Assembly: GCA_038065175.1 (NCBI GenBank)
Contig: JBBTRN010000002.1
Span: 1-57,592 of the forward strand
Source: Patescibacteria group bacterium
GTDB lineage: Bacteria > Patescibacteriota > Doudnabacteria > UBA920
Length of the DNA: 57,592 bases
Reading direction: 5' to 3'
Within the stretch, counting starts at the first letter, position 1. Each line of letters opens with the position of its first letter. The notes below the pieces were generated by a model. That model searched no databases, was not told the DNA's origin, and worked only from the letters and a program-made list of their open reading frames with translations. Below are positions 48,817 to 57,592 of the stretch, one piece after another. The position numbers and the translations under genes were made by a program.

Positions 48817-49350
48817 ATGAATGTTAAAAGTGAAAGCATCACCAATTTAATTTTAGAGATTTTGGGCGAATGGGGGAGGATGGTCCCGAGGTCTTTTGAA
48901 GGCAAATATGCCTGGGGGCGAAGATTGAAAAGTATTCATAAGCCCCAATTTGAGCGAGCTATCCGTCATTTAAACGATCGGGGTTTGGTGAGGGTCATTA
49001 GCAAAGACAGTCAAAGATTTGTTGAGATTACTCAAGCCGGGCAGTTGGAAATTTTATTGAAGAAAGCCAAAACAAAAACGGTCATACCTGCCGTATGGGA
49101 CAAAAAATGGCGTTTGGTCGTTTTTGACATTCCTGAAGATAGTAAAGATAAGCGCAGGCTTTTGAGATTTTTACTTAAGAAGCAAGAATTTTTTAAATTA
49201 CAGGCCAGTGTGTATATTAGCCCCTTTGCCCTGAATAGGGAAGCGATAGCCTATTTAAGTGAAACTGGTTTGATTGATTTTATTAGGATTATGAGAGTTG
49301 ATGAGATGGATAATGATAGAAAGCTTAAAAATCATTTTCGACTGAAATAA
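48817..49350 (+). CDS. PaaX-like regulator (wHTH plus Cas2-like ferredoxin-fold C-terminal domain)
   Basis: WDKKWRLVVFDIPEDSKDKRRLLRFLLKKQEFFKLQASVYISPF is the typical PaaX_C/Cas2-like beta-alpha-beta block. Start at ATG 48817. Confidence 0.55.
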   Translation: MNVKSESITNLILEILGEWGRMVPRSFEGKYAWGRRLKSIHKPQFERAIRHLNDRGLVRVISKDSQRFVEITQAGQLEILLKKAKTKTVIPAVWDKKWRLVVFDIPEDSKDKRRLLRFLLKKQEFFKLQASVYISPFALNREAIAYLSETGLIDFIRIMRVDEMDNDRKLKNHFRLK

Positions 49351-49352
49351 AA

Positions 49353-49397
49353 AGCAGAAAAGGAGCGGCCGCTCCTTTTCTGCTGAAGTTTTTTTTT
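49353..49397 (+). terminator. Rho-independent terminator built on a GCGGCCGC-centred palindrome
   Basis: agcagaaaaggagcggccgctccttttctgct followed by gaag and T10. Confidence 0.7.
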
Positions 49398-49413
49398 TGG
49401 TGGAGAACTTTTT

Positions 49414-50874
49414 ATGACTAAAAGCAAAATTTTTATCCTCATTAGTTTAAGTTTTGCTTTCGGAATTTTTTTTGCTTCGAAATTTAATGTTTACGGACTT
49501 TGGGCTTTGTGGACAGTCGGCGCAGGCAGTTTAGCTTTTGCCGCATCATTAACCATTAAAAATATATATTTCCGCCGCAGCGCGCAAATACTGGTGCTGT
49601 TTTTGTTTTTTGCGGGTTTAGGGGTTTTAAGGTTCAATCAGACTTTGGCGGACAATGCATATAAAAATTTTTTTGGCCAAAAAGTTAAATGGGAAGGGTA
49701 TGTTATGGAAGATCCGGATGTAAGGAGCGATAAGCAATTGCTCACCGTGCAGCCCATAAATTTTGACCAGAGGGTTTTGGTTACTACCACCCGGGCGCAA
49801 AGTTTTTTTTACGGCGATTGGCTATTAGTGGAGGGTAAGCTAAAACAGCCGGAGGATTTTGAAGGTTTTGACTATAGCGGGTATTTGGAGCGGTTCGGTA
49901 TTTACGGGATAATGTCTTACCCTAAAATTTTAATTTTAAAGAATGGCCAGGCAAATATTTTTAAATCGGCTTTGCTGACAATTAAGCACGCGTTCGCGAA
50001 GCGGCTCCAAAAATTCCTCCCAGAGCCGCAAAATAGTCTGGCTCTAGGGATACTAATAGGCGCTAAAAGGGGTTTGCCCCAAAATTTGACAGACAGCTTT
50101 AACAATACCGGCACATCGCACATTGTGGCGATTTCCGGGTTTAACATTGCAATCATTGTGGCGGCTTTAAGTTTTTTAGCCTGGATTGTCGGGAGAAAAA
50201 TGAGTTTTTGGCTGTCGTTAATTATTATTTTAGGTTTCGTGGTAATTGCCGGGGCTTCGGCTTCGGTGATTCGTGCCGCGGTAATGGGCATATTGCTGTT
50301 AATGGCGTTTAACATAGGCAGGCTGTATTCAGTAATGCCCGCGCTGATTTTTGCGGCCGCGGGCATGCTTTATGTTAACCCAAAAATTTTATATTGGGAC
50401 ATAGGGTTTCAATTGTCTTTCGCCGCGACTTTGGGTTTGGTTTTATTTATGCCGCTGTTGGAAAAATTGGCTGAAAGTTGGCCAAAAATGTTCGGCCTGA
50501 AATTAATTTTTTTAGCCACGCTGGCGGCCACGGTTTCTACCTTGCCTTTGGTGTTGTGGTATTTTGGAAGGTTAAGCCTGGTTTCGCTTTTGGCTAATTT
50601 GCTGGTTTTGCCCGTGGTGCCTTTTGCCATGCTGTTCGGGTTTTTAACTGTTTTGCCTTTTTTCGGCCCGGGTTTTGCTTTTTTGGCCAATGCATTATTA
50701 ACTTACATTTTATGGGTTGTGGAAACTTTGGCCAGATGGCCTTTAGCCAGCGTTTCGGCGGAGATTTCCAAAAAGGTTTTGCTGTCCATGATAGCCGCGC
50801 TTTTTGTTTTATACTTCCTTTTAAGGAAAATCGCGGGCAAGCTTAGGAGAGTTGAAATTATTAAGCCTTTGTGA
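49414..50874 (+). CDS. comEC: ComEC/Rec2 family competence channel (DUF4131 + competence domain only)
   Basis: NNTGTSHIVAISGFNIAIIV motif and about 10 TM helices. The protein ends after the membrane domain at 486 aa, with no metallo-beta-lactamase domain. Confidence 0.8.
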   Translation: MTKSKIFILISLSFAFGIFFASKFNVYGLWALWTVGAGSLAFAASLTIKNIYFRRSAQILVLFLFFAGLGVLRFNQTLADNAYKNFFGQKVKWEGYVMEDPDVRSDKQLLTVQPINFDQRVLVTTTRAQSFFYGDWLLVEGKLKQPEDFEGFDYSGYLERFGIYGIMSYPKILILKNGQANIFKSALLTIKHAFAKRLQKFLPEPQNSLALGILIGAKRGLPQNLTDSFNNTGTSHIVAISGFNIAIIVAALSFLAWIVGRKMSFWLSLIIILGFVVIAGASASVIRAAVMGILLLMAFNIGRLYSVMPALIFAAAGMLYVNPKILYWDIGFQLSFAATLGLVLFMPLLEKLAESWPKMFGLKLIFLATLAATVSTLPLVLWYFGRLSLVSLLANLLVLPVVPFAMLFGFLTVLPFFGPGFAFLANALLTYILWVVETLARWPLASVSAEISKKVLLSMIAALFVLYFLLRKIAGKLRRVEIIKPL

Positions 50875-50923
50875 TAGCATTAGCCAGTGGAAAATAAATT
50901 ATTTAGGGGATGGATCGCGGTTT

Positions 50924-51673
50924 ATGTCCAATAAAATTTTAGTTTATATAATAATTATAGTGTTGGTAGTTGCTACCGGCGCTTTCTTCTTTTGGCGTAT
51001 GTCGCCAAATAACGGCAGTAAATTATTGCTTGACGATGCCAATAAAGAAGGGGGTTTAAAGCCTCCGGTTTCAACTTCTGAAGGCGCGCAAGTCCAGCCT
51101 AAGGAAGAGACTTTCGATGTTTGCGAGCGGAAGTTCGACGAAACAGTCTTAAAAACCGCCAAATTAGAAATAAGAAATCGGCAGGCGGAAATCTCGGTTA
51201 AAGGTTTTGGCAAAATTCTCGTGGAATTTTTTGACACAGACGCGCCCAAAACCGTTGAGAATTTTTTGCGGCTTGCTAACTCCGGATATTTTGACTGCCT
51301 TACTTTCCACAGGGTGGCCAAAGGCTTCGTTATCCAGGGAGGAGACCCAGCCGGCACGGGAAGCGGCGGACAGAGCGCTTTTGGAGCGGAATTTGCCGAC
51401 GAGATTGACCCGGCTTCCCCCATCTATCAAACAGGGTATAAGAAAGGCGTATTAGCCATGGCTAACCGCGGCCCGAACACCAACACCAGCCAGTTTTTTA
51501 TTATGCTCTCTGACGCCGGGCTTCCTCCTGCCTACACGATTTTTGGGCGGGTGGTTTCAGGCCTCGATAGTGTGGACAAAATTGGCCAGGTGGAAATTAT
51601 TCCCCAGCTCGGGTCCACAGACGGCAAGCCCAAGGCGCCGGTTGTTATAGAATCGGTAAAGATTATTAAATAA
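50924..51673 (+). CDS. ppiB: Cyclophilin-type peptidyl-prolyl cis-trans isomerase with N-terminal membrane anchor
   Basis: FHRVAKGFVIQGGDPAGTGSGG and LAMANRGPNTNTSQFFI. Start at ATG 50924 rather than the TTG at 50852 that overlaps comEC. Confidence 0.85.
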   Translation: MSNKILVYIIIIVLVVATGAFFFWRMSPNNGSKLLLDDANKEGGLKPPVSTSEGAQVQPKEETFDVCERKFDETVLKTAKLEIRNRQAEISVKGFGKILVEFFDTDAPKTVENFLRLANSGYFDCLTFHRVAKGFVIQGGDPAGTGSGGQSAFGAEFADEIDPASPIYQTGYKKGVLAMANRGPNTNTSQFFIMLSDAGLPPAYTIFGRVVSGLDSVDKIGQVEIIPQLGSTDGKPKAPVVIESVKIIK

Positions 51674-51709
51674 TCCTTATAAGGCATAAATAGGAACAAT
51701 AGGACGAAT

Positions 51710-52300
51710 ATGGAACACATCAAACAGGAAAAAACTTTAGTTCTAGTAAAGCCGGACGGGGTTAAGCGCGGGCTAATTGGAGAGGTTATAAAACGGATTG
51801 AAAGAAGGGGGCTTAAAATTATTGCCATAAAAATGGTTTGGGCCGGTAAGGAACATATCCATAAACATTTGCCTACGAGCGAGGAGTGGATGGAGCGGCT
51901 GGGGCAAAAAACCTTGAAAACTTTCGCGGAATACAAGATTGACCCGCTTAAGGCCCAAGGCACTAGCGACCCAAAACAAATCGGCCAAATGGTGAAAGAG
52001 GCTTTGGCGGAGTACTTAACCAGCGGGCCTGTGGTGGCCATGGCGGTTCAGGGCATCCATGCCATTGATATGATACGGAAGCTTGCCGGTCATACCCTGC
52101 CGGTGTTCGCGAAAATGGGGACCATAAGAGGCGATTACAGCGTTGATAGCCCGTCGGTTGCCAATGTAGAGCGCCGCGCCATCCATAACATCATGCATGC
52201 CTCGGAAACTCCGGAAGAGGCCAATAACGAAATTGGTTTGTGGTTTTCCAAAGACGAAATCCATGAATACAAGCGCGCGGAAGAAGATATTATGTTTTGA
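51710..52300 (+). CDS. ndk: Nucleoside diphosphate kinase (long form, about 45-aa internal insert)
   Basis: TLVLVKPDGVKRGLIGEV, SGPVVAMAVQG and NIMHASE (catalytic His). Confidence 0.85.
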   Translation: MEHIKQEKTLVLVKPDGVKRGLIGEVIKRIERRGLKIIAIKMVWAGKEHIHKHLPTSEEWMERLGQKTLKTFAEYKIDPLKAQGTSDPKQIGQMVKEALAEYLTSGPVVAMAVQGIHAIDMIRKLAGHTLPVFAKMGTIRGDYSVDSPSVANVERRAIHNIMHASETPEEANNEIGLWFSKDEIHEYKRAEEDIMF

Positions 52301-52394
52301 CCCACCGTATCAATTTATAGCGGGTCATCCGCCGAAGCTTTATGCGAAGGCGGATAGATCACAGATTTTTTAAGGCACGCAGATTATACAGACA

Positions 52395-52416
52395 AAAGCC
52401 CCGAACCTGGGGCTTT
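52395..52416. terminator. Hairpin between convergent ndk and RSH genes (aaagcccc-gaacct-ggggcttt)
   Basis: A perfect 8-bp stem flanked by A and T residues. Confidence 0.5.
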
Positions 52417-52463
52417 AAAATTCGTAGTCATTTGTAGATCTGTTTATATTTGTAGTTTTGTAG

Positions 52464-53984
52464 CTATTTCTTTCTCAAAAATTTCGGTAAGCCGGGCTTG
52501 AGGTCAGCAAGCTTAAGCTCCTTAATCCTGTCCATTAAGCCTTTTTCGTGTTCTGCTAAATAGTGGCGGATGCGGTTTCGGGCGTTGTGGGTATTGGCGG
52601 ATTTTAGCCAATCGCGGGAGATTTTTGCCGGCTGTTTGGTTTTTAAGACTTCAATCACATCGCCCTTTTTTAATTTGTCGTAAATGCTTGCCATTTTTCC
52701 GTTAATTTTTGCGCCCATCATATGGTAGCCCAAGTCCGTATGCACCGCGAAAGCAAAATCAATCACCGTGGCTCCGTTTGGCAGATCCTTAATGTCGCCC
52801 TTGGGAGTAAAAACAAAAATTCGGTCCCTAAAAAAATCTATTTTTAAATTTTCCAGAAATTCTTCCGGATTTTCCGTTTCCTCCTGCCAATTATGGAGTT
52901 CTTTTGTCCAACTTTCTTTTACGGCATCCAATTTTTCTTTTTTTCCCTGTTCGGAATAAAACCAATGGGCGGCAATGCCCCTTTCCGCTTCTTCATCCAT
53001 AATATCGGTTCTGATTTGGATTTCGAAAACTTTTCCATCCCGGCCAAAAACAGAGGTGTGGATACTTTGGTACCCGTTGGGTTTCGGGGTGGAAATATAA
53101 TCCTTTATGCGCCCCGGCACCGGCTGGAAAGCTTCGTGGATTGCGCCTAAGACCGAATAACAATCCGCAGTAGACCGCGTAATTACGCGCAAGGCGACTA
53201 CATCGTAAATTCTGGAGAGCTCGCCTTCGTATTTTTGTATTTTTTTAAAGAGGGAGTATGACCTTTTTATTCTCCCCCTAACTTCCAGAAATTTAATGCC
53301 CTGTTGGCGCAGCGTGTGCTCCAGGCTTTTTTGCATCAGCTTTAAATTTTCGTTCCGCTTTTTTAGTTCGCTGTCCAGAAGTTTGGCCGTTGTTTCAAAT
53401 TCTTTTGGGTAAACAATCTTAAACGATAAGTCTTCCAGCTCATCTTTCCACGAACCAATGCCTAAACGGCCCGCTACCGGAGCATAAATTTCTAAAGTTT
53501 CTTTCGCGACTTTAACCTGCTTTTCCGGGGGTATGAATTTAATTGTGCGCATATTATGCAGCCTATCGGCTAGTTTAATAAGAATCACCCTAACATCTTT
53601 GCTGGTCGCAATAAAAAGTTTGCGCAGGTTTTCCACATAGAATTTGTCCTGGCTGGTTTTCATCCTCACATGGCCTAATTGGGTAACTCCGTTAATTAGC
53701 TCGGCAATTTCTTCCCCAAATTCCTCTTTAATTTTTTCCAAAGGCACGCTAGTGTCTTCGGGTACGTCGTGTAGGAGGGTTGCCGCTAAGGTCGGGGGAT
53801 TGGGGAAAATTTGTCCCAAAATTAAAGCCGCGGCTTTCGTGTGGCTAAAATACTCCTCGCCGCTTTTTCTTTTTTGTCCCTTGTGGGCGTGTTCGGCTAA
53901 TTCAAAAGCCCGCTTTATGAGTTTTTCCTGAGCGTCGTTAAATTTGTGGGGGATGGATTTAAGGAAGGCGTTAAAATCGTGCAT
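52464..53984 (-). CDS. RelA/SpoT homologue (bifunctional-type (p)ppGpp synthetase/hydrolase: HD + synthetase + TGS, no ACT domain)
   Basis: HD motif HKGQKRKSGEEYFSH...LLHDVPEDT, synthetase block GYQSIHTSV...EIQIRT, and TGS block IFVFTPKGDIKDLPNGATVIDFA. Confidence 0.85.
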   Translation of the reverse strand: MHDFNAFLKSIPHKFNDAQEKLIKRAFELAEHAHKGQKRKSGEEYFSHTKAAALILGQIFPNPPTLAATLLHDVPEDTSVPLEKIKEEFGEEIAELINGVTQLGHVRMKTSQDKFYVENLRKLFIATSKDVRVILIKLADRLHNMRTIKFIPPEKQVKVAKETLEIYAPVAGRLGIGSWKDELEDLSFKIVYPKEFETTAKLLDSELKKRNENLKLMQKSLEHTLRQQGIKFLEVRGRIKRSYSLFKKIQKYEGELSRIYDVVALRVITRSTADCYSVLGAIHEAFQPVPGRIKDYISTPKPNGYQSIHTSVFGRDGKVFEIQIRTDIMDEEAERGIAAHWFYSEQGKKEKLDAVKESWTKELHNWQEETENPEEFLENLKIDFFRDRIFVFTPKGDIKDLPNGATVIDFAFAVHTDLGYHMMGAKINGKMASIYDKLKKGDVIEVLKTKQPAKISRDWLKSANTHNARNRIRHYLAEHEKGLMDRIKELKLADLKPGLPKFLRKK

Positions 53985-54030
53985 AAATTTTTATTAAGTC
54001 ATGTATGTTATAATTTTAGCATTAAAAGTA

Positions 54031-54115
54031 AAATGAGCAAAAATGACAAAAACGACGGAAATGACAAGAATTTAGCTGCAGTATTATTTTTGTCAATTTT
54101 TTAATTTTTGTCATT
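54031..54115. repeat. TGACAAAA-rich palindromic element, copy E (inverted relative to copy B)
   Basis: aaatgagcaaaaatgacaaaaacgacggaaatgacaagaatttagctgcag...tttttgtcaattttttaatttttgtcattg. It is nearly colinear with the reverse complement of 21391-21490 and ends 6 nt before the mutM ATG. Confidence 0.8.
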
Positions 54116-54121
54116 GTTTTT

Positions 54122-55048
54122 ATGCCCGAACTCCCAGAAGTCCAAACCGTCGCAAGCGAACTTAACCGCAAATTAAAAAACCGCCGGATTAAGTCGGTAA
54201 TTATTAACGCGCCGAAAATGCTGGGGCTTGGGCCGGCTGTCCTGTCATCCGCGCGCAAAACGGCTTCGGCTACCGTTGATAAATTTAAAAGGCTGATGAT
54301 AGGCCAAAAGTTTTTGTCTGTCCGTAGGCGGGCCAAACTTTTGATTTTTGATTTATCTGGGTCGTGGTCCATACTCGCGCATTTAAAAATGACCGGGCAA
54401 TTTATTTTTGAAGACAAGGCATTGCGGGAACGAACGGGCGGGGAATATCGCATTATTAATAAGCCAAATGCGCCTTTGGTCGCAATGCCCTGCAAACATA
54501 CGCACATCATTTTTAAATTTACAGATTCCTCGAGCCTGTATTTTAACGATGTGCGAAAGTTCGGCTATTTAAAATTAGTCCATGACAGCGAAATCGGCCA
54601 AGTCAAGGAGCTGCAAGAATTCGGGCCCGAGCCGTTTTCCAAAAAATTTCTATATCCCCATTTTGTGACGGCCGTCACAAAATGGGGATATAGGCGGATT
54701 AAGGAAGTATTAATGGACCAGAAAGTTATAGCTGGTATTGGGAATATTTATAGCGACGAGATACTTTTCCACGCTAAAGTTCGACCTACGCGTCGCGCGG
54801 CATCGCTTTCCGGAAAAGAACTTAGGGCAGTCTACGAATCCATCAGACCTGTGTTAATAAAAGCCATAAAAGCCAAAGGGTCAAGTGTAGGCGACTTTGT
54901 TCGTACGGACGGCTCGTGGGGCAAAATGGGCAAATACCACTATGTTTACGGCCGTAAAGGGCAGAAATGCAAAAAATGTGGTAGTATTATTTTATCGGTC
55001 AAACTCAACGGGCGGACGGCGAGTTTTTGTCCGAAATGCCAGAAGTAA
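54122..55048 (+). CDS. mutM: Formamidopyrimidine-DNA glycosylase
   Basis: N-terminal MPELPEV (catalytic Pro2/Glu3), H2TH block GIGNIYSDEILF, and a C-terminal CKKCG...CPKCQ zinc finger. Confidence 0.85.
   Translation: MPELPEVQTVASELNRKLKNRRIKSVIINAPKMLGLGPAVLSSARKTASATVDKFKRLMIGQKFLSVRRRAKLLIFDLSGSWSILAHLKMTGQFIFEDKALRERTGGEYRIINKPNAPLVAMPCKHTHIIFKFTDSSSLYFNDVRKFGYLKLVHDSEIGQVKELQEFGPEPFSKKFLYPHFVTAVTKWGYRRIKEVLMDQKVIAGIGNIYSDEILFHAKVRPTRRAASLSGKELRAVYESIRPVLIKAIKAKGSSVGDFVRTDGSWGKMGKYHYVYGRKGQKCKKCGSIILSVKLNGRTASFCPKCQK
54653..54690. repeat. Perfect 38-nt palindrome inside mutM (tatccccattttgtgacgg|ccgtcacaaaatggggata)
   Basis: Verified by hand as its own reverse complement. It encodes YPHFVTAVTKWGY. 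Confidence 0.85.
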
Positions 55049-55079
55049 TTAATAATTGATAATTTATAATTGATAACAA

Positions 55080-55295
55080 ATGGAAAACGATCAAAATCAA
55101 AATGATGAACCAAGCATGACCAAAGAGCAGGTACTAATGGAAATTTTGGAAAACACAAGAAAGACCAAGAATTATATTAAATGGCAATTATATATTACCA
55201 TTGCGCTCGTGGTTTTGCCTCTGTTTGCTATGATATTCATCATCCCCATGGTTTTACGGAGTGTGGGGAATGCTTATGGCGGGGTAATACAATAA
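55080..55295 (+). CDS. Small membrane protein (71 aa)
   Basis: One hydrophobic helix (LYITIALVVLPLFAMIFIIPMVL). No homology recognised. Confidence 0.35.
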   Translation: MENDQNQNDEPSMTKEQVLMEILENTRKTKNYIKWQLYITIALVVLPLFAMIFIIPMVLRSVGNAYGGVIQ

Positions 55296-55376
55296 ATCGA
55301 ATCAACGAATGGAACGAATCAACGAATTCGTTATATTCGTAGCCATTCGCAGATTCGTCTAATTCGTTGATTCGAT
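55296..55376. repeat. 81-nt palindromic cgaat/attcg-rich element
   Basis: The termini atcgaatcaacgaat (55296-55310) and attcgttgattcgat (55362-55376) are perfectly complementary. Confidence 0.6.
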
Positions 55377-55382
55377 ATATTT

Positions 55383-55730
55383 ATGCAAGATGACCGGTGG
55401 CAGCAACTAGTAGAAATGGCCAGGAAGAATTTTAGGAATGTGTCGCAACATTCCGAGGATTTAATAATGGAAACACAAGACGGGCCAATTAAGCAGGGGA
55501 CGAAAGATTTGCTGCTGTTTGACCATCCATCAGGCGACAAATATAAATTAGTGCGCGAAAACCGCCCGTTGGTATTGGAAAAAAAACAGCATTTTTCCCA
55601 CCGGATGGGGGACACGGCCAGGACAGAGTATAAACATTCAGAAACCGAATTTTCTCATAAATTACGCGTCTATAAAGAGGTTGGATTTGATGAATGGGAA
55701 GAAATAACCCTCGACAGGCTCGGGTTATAA
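55383..55730 (+). CDS. Hypothetical protein (115 aa)
   Basis: An ORF of host composition. The last residues (LDRLGL) are encoded by a ctcgacaggctcg repeat. Confidence 0.35.
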   Translation: MQDDRWQQLVEMARKNFRNVSQHSEDLIMETQDGPIKQGTKDLLLFDHPSGDKYKLVRENRPLVLEKKQHFSHRMGDTARTEYKHSETEFSHKLRVYKEVGFDEWEEITLDRLGL

Positions 55731-55806
55731 ATTTCTAATGTCGAATTACTAATTTTTGGCATTTGGCATTGATTAGGCATTCGTCATTAGTAATTAGAAA
55801 TTTGGA

Positions 55807-56724
55807 ATGTTAAAAAATAGAATTTTATCCACTCTCAAATTTTTTGACCTTCAGGACATTCCTTTGACCTTGCTTGAATTGCATCGTTTTTTAATTGGGG
55901 ATATTGGCCAAATCAAATTAAGCCTAGATGCCAACTGGGAGCTGTCTGCGCCCCAAAATTTAAGCCACGCGAGTTTAGGCATAACCATGGACCAAATTTT
56001 ATATTGCCTGGACAACGAGTGCCAGGCAGAGGCGGAAAATACTTTGGGCTATTATCATTTAAGCGGCCGTTCCGAAATAGTCCACGCCAGGCGGGACAAT
56101 TATTTATTTGGCTTAAAAAGGGAAAAGAGGATTAAGCGATTTGCAAACTTTTTAAGATATTTGCCTTTTGTGAGGGGGGCGGCGATTGGCGGGAGCCAGT
56201 CATTGGGGCAGCAAAAGGAAAAATCGGACATTGATTTGTTTATTGTCGCTGAACCGGGATTTTTGTGGGCGACAAGGACGGCGGTTAGCGTATTTTTCCA
56301 AATTTTTGGGCTCCGCAGGCACGGCTCAAAAATTAAAGACCGGTTTTGCCTTAACCATTATGTCGCGGGGGGAAAACGCGTGGACCGCGAACGGAACTTG
56401 TATAAGGCAATGGAATACGCCCGGCTAAGGCCTATAGTTTACCCGCAAGGCGTGGGACAATTTTTGGAAAACAATAAAGATTGGACGCAATTTTTTTTCC
56501 CCAATTTTTATAATGACATTTTTTTTGAGAAGCAGTCCAAAATCCAAAAGTTGTTTGAAACCCTTTTAAAAAATCCTTTCGGGAAATTGCTTGAAAGGAT
56601 TTTGGGTTTTTTCCAAAAGCATAAAATCCACGAAGACGAGTTTACATTTGTGCTCTCTGACGAGCTGTCTTTCCATCCGCAGAGCCAGCACCGGGCTTTG
56701 CTATCTCGCTTTTTTAGCCATTAA
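55807..56724 (+). CDS. Nucleotidyltransferase (Pol-beta superfamily) domain protein
   Basis: IGGSQSLGQQKEKSDIDLFIV matches the GS...DxD NTase motif. Confidence 0.5.
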   Translation: MLKNRILSTLKFFDLQDIPLTLLELHRFLIGDIGQIKLSLDANWELSAPQNLSHASLGITMDQILYCLDNECQAEAENTLGYYHLSGRSEIVHARRDNYLFGLKREKRIKRFANFLRYLPFVRGAAIGGSQSLGQQKEKSDIDLFIVAEPGFLWATRTAVSVFFQIFGLRRHGSKIKDRFCLNHYVAGGKRVDRERNLYKAMEYARLRPIVYPQGVGQFLENNKDWTQFFFPNFYNDIFFEKQSKIQKLFETLLKNPFGKLLERILGFFQKHKIHEDEFTFVLSDELSFHPQSQHRALLSRFFSH

Positions 56725-56768
56725 AGTCATTAGCTAAAACAATACATTTGTACAAAGTTTACTAAAAG

Positions 56769-57509
56769 TTATTTTTTTGAGAATTCCATTAAAACAAATA
56801 TTGGAAAGCGGTGCAGTCTGTATTTTAGGCTGTATGCGGCATCATCAGGATCCGATTTAATATCCGCCATAAATTTCATCGTAAAACCCAAATTAAGCAG
56901 TAAATTTATTTGTTCCGGCAGGGTGTAAAAATAGGAAGTTAAATTTTTGTTCCAAACAAAGGCGCGGTCAGTATTTTTTTGAAAATCAAAATACGGTCTT
57001 AGCTTCAGCGCCGGCTTTTTCATAAGCAGTCTGCCTATTGGGTCTCGCTTCCAAACACCCACCGGAAAGCCATAGTAAGGGTTGACGGTAACGATTATGA
57101 GCCTTCCGTCTTCTTTCACTACCCTTTTTATTTCCAAGAAAGCTGTTTGCTGATCCTTTAAATCCAGGGCAGACAAAGACAAAATTACGCTGTCAAACAG
57201 CGCGTTAGTATACGGCAGTTTTTTTGTGAGATCACAGATTTGAAAATCTATGTTAGGATAATCCGCCTTTGCTTTTTTGATTAGTTGCGGCGAAATGTCA
57301 CAGGCCTTAACCCGGTGCCCCCTATCTGCCAGCATTTTAGACAGCCAGCCCGGTCCGCACCCTGCGTCTAAAATAGCGAGGTTGGGTGAATCAGTCAGGC
57401 GTTTTAAAACCGATTCGGAAATTACCTGTTTGAAGGTTTTCCCATCTGTTGACCCCAAAAAATCCAAATACCCTTGTGCGCCCTGGTAATTAGAATAGTT
57501 TGATTCCAT
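56769..57509 (-). CDS. Class I SAM-dependent methyltransferase
   Basis: ILDAGCGPGWLSKMLADRGHRVKACDIS (motif I and the post-I acidic residue). Confidence 0.75.
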   Translation of the reverse strand: MESNYSNYQGAQGYLDFLGSTDGKTFKQVISESVLKRLTDSPNLAILDAGCGPGWLSKMLADRGHRVKACDISPQLIKKAKADYPNIDFQICDLTKKLPYTNALFDSVILSLSALDLKDQQTAFLEIKRVVKEDGRLIIVTVNPYYGFPVGVWKRDPIGRLLMKKPALKLRPYFDFQKNTDRAFVWNKNLTSYFYTLPEQINLLLNLGFTMKFMADIKSDPDDAAYSLKYRLHRFPIFVLMEFSKK

Positions 57510-57592
57510 AAAGTCATTATAGCATTAAAATTTCTTGATTCGCCTCCGCTAATACCCCGCGGCTTGCCGCGGGGAAAATAGAATGCGGCGAA

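Noticed and set aside
54022-54510. 162-aa minus-strand ORF overlapping the mutM 5' region.
   Set aside because: It lies antisense to a well-supported mutM, and its N-terminal part is read from the TGACAAAA repeat. It has no independent support.
1-57592. A CRISPR array among the many repeats.
   Set aside because: No series of identical 25-40-nt direct repeats separated by unique spacers of similar size exists. The repeats are palindromic dispersed elements or short tandem heptamers and nonamers. No cas genes are present, and the Cas2-like fold at 48817-49350 is a PaaX-type regulator.
1-57592. An alternative genetic code (UGA or UAG reassignment, as in some candidate phyla).
   Set aside because: All long conserved genes (topA, der, nrdJ, ftsZ, RSH and others) are uninterrupted under the standard code. 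TGA, TAA and TAG all terminate ORFs at positions consistent with homologue lengths. The single in-frame TAG in the YggU-like ORF is better explained as a pseudogene or an error.

Overview
This 57.6-kb segment comes from a low-GC bacterium. Hand counts of single 60-nt lines give 18/60, 23/60 and 30/60 G+C at 20041, 45001 and 9001. Conserved genes are intact under the standard genetic code. The gene content fits a small-genome Patescibacteria/CPR-like organism, which is an inference. It rests on a type IV pilin, DprA, a ComEC without a beta-lactamase domain, an LCP protein, a class II RNR with B12 salvage, an RSH protein, almost no biosynthesis, many start codons without a Shine-Dalgarno (SD), and several palindromic repeat families that run into ORFs.

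Housekeeping genes recognised: topA, dprA, pth, der, lepB, a HisRS-like gene, a HIT protein, rpsU, yqeY-like, ftsA, ftsZ, nrdR, nrdJ, a CobO/BtuR-type adenosyltransferase, comEC, cyclophilin, ndk, RSH, mutM, tRNA-Lys(UUU) and tRNA-Val(CAC). I saw no rRNA, CRISPR array, integrase or transposase.

The main anomaly is about 17 kb of accessory DNA between ftsA (22016-23275) and ftsZ (40511-41743). It has three parts.
1. A 6.6-kb island of about 60% GC (23456-30087) encodes only envelope proteins. These are a translationally coupled 4-TM protein plus a membrane-anchored vWA-like protein, a proline-rich double-anchored protein and an Ig-like secreted protein. The two gene sets are driven by back-to-back consensus sigma70 promoters that sit in an AT-rich, host-type spacer.
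2. A host-composition operon encodes a 765-aa basic protein, a 110-aa protein and a 1665-aa membrane protein with an embedded GT-A (DxD) glycosyltransferase-like core.
3. An MntA/HepT toxin-antitoxin pair.

A second, 0.7-kb high-GC mini-island (10040-10747) carries two small self-contained cassettes.

Other notable points:
- An intact tRNA-Val is nested inside the D-loop of a second tRNA-like gene.
- Palindromic repeat elements are inserted in frame into topA, capA, pth and a membrane protein, and a perfect 38-nt palindrome lies within mutM.
- The DUF559 gene is bracketed by inverted hairpin repeats whose solo copies abut every high-GC block.
- A TGACAAAA-rich repeat family lies directly upstream of five genes.
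- The nrdR-nrdJ-cobO-DUF4430 cluster forms a B12 module.
- A YggU-like gene is interrupted by an in-frame TAG.

All functional calls come from motif recognition by eye. No database search or structure prediction was possible.
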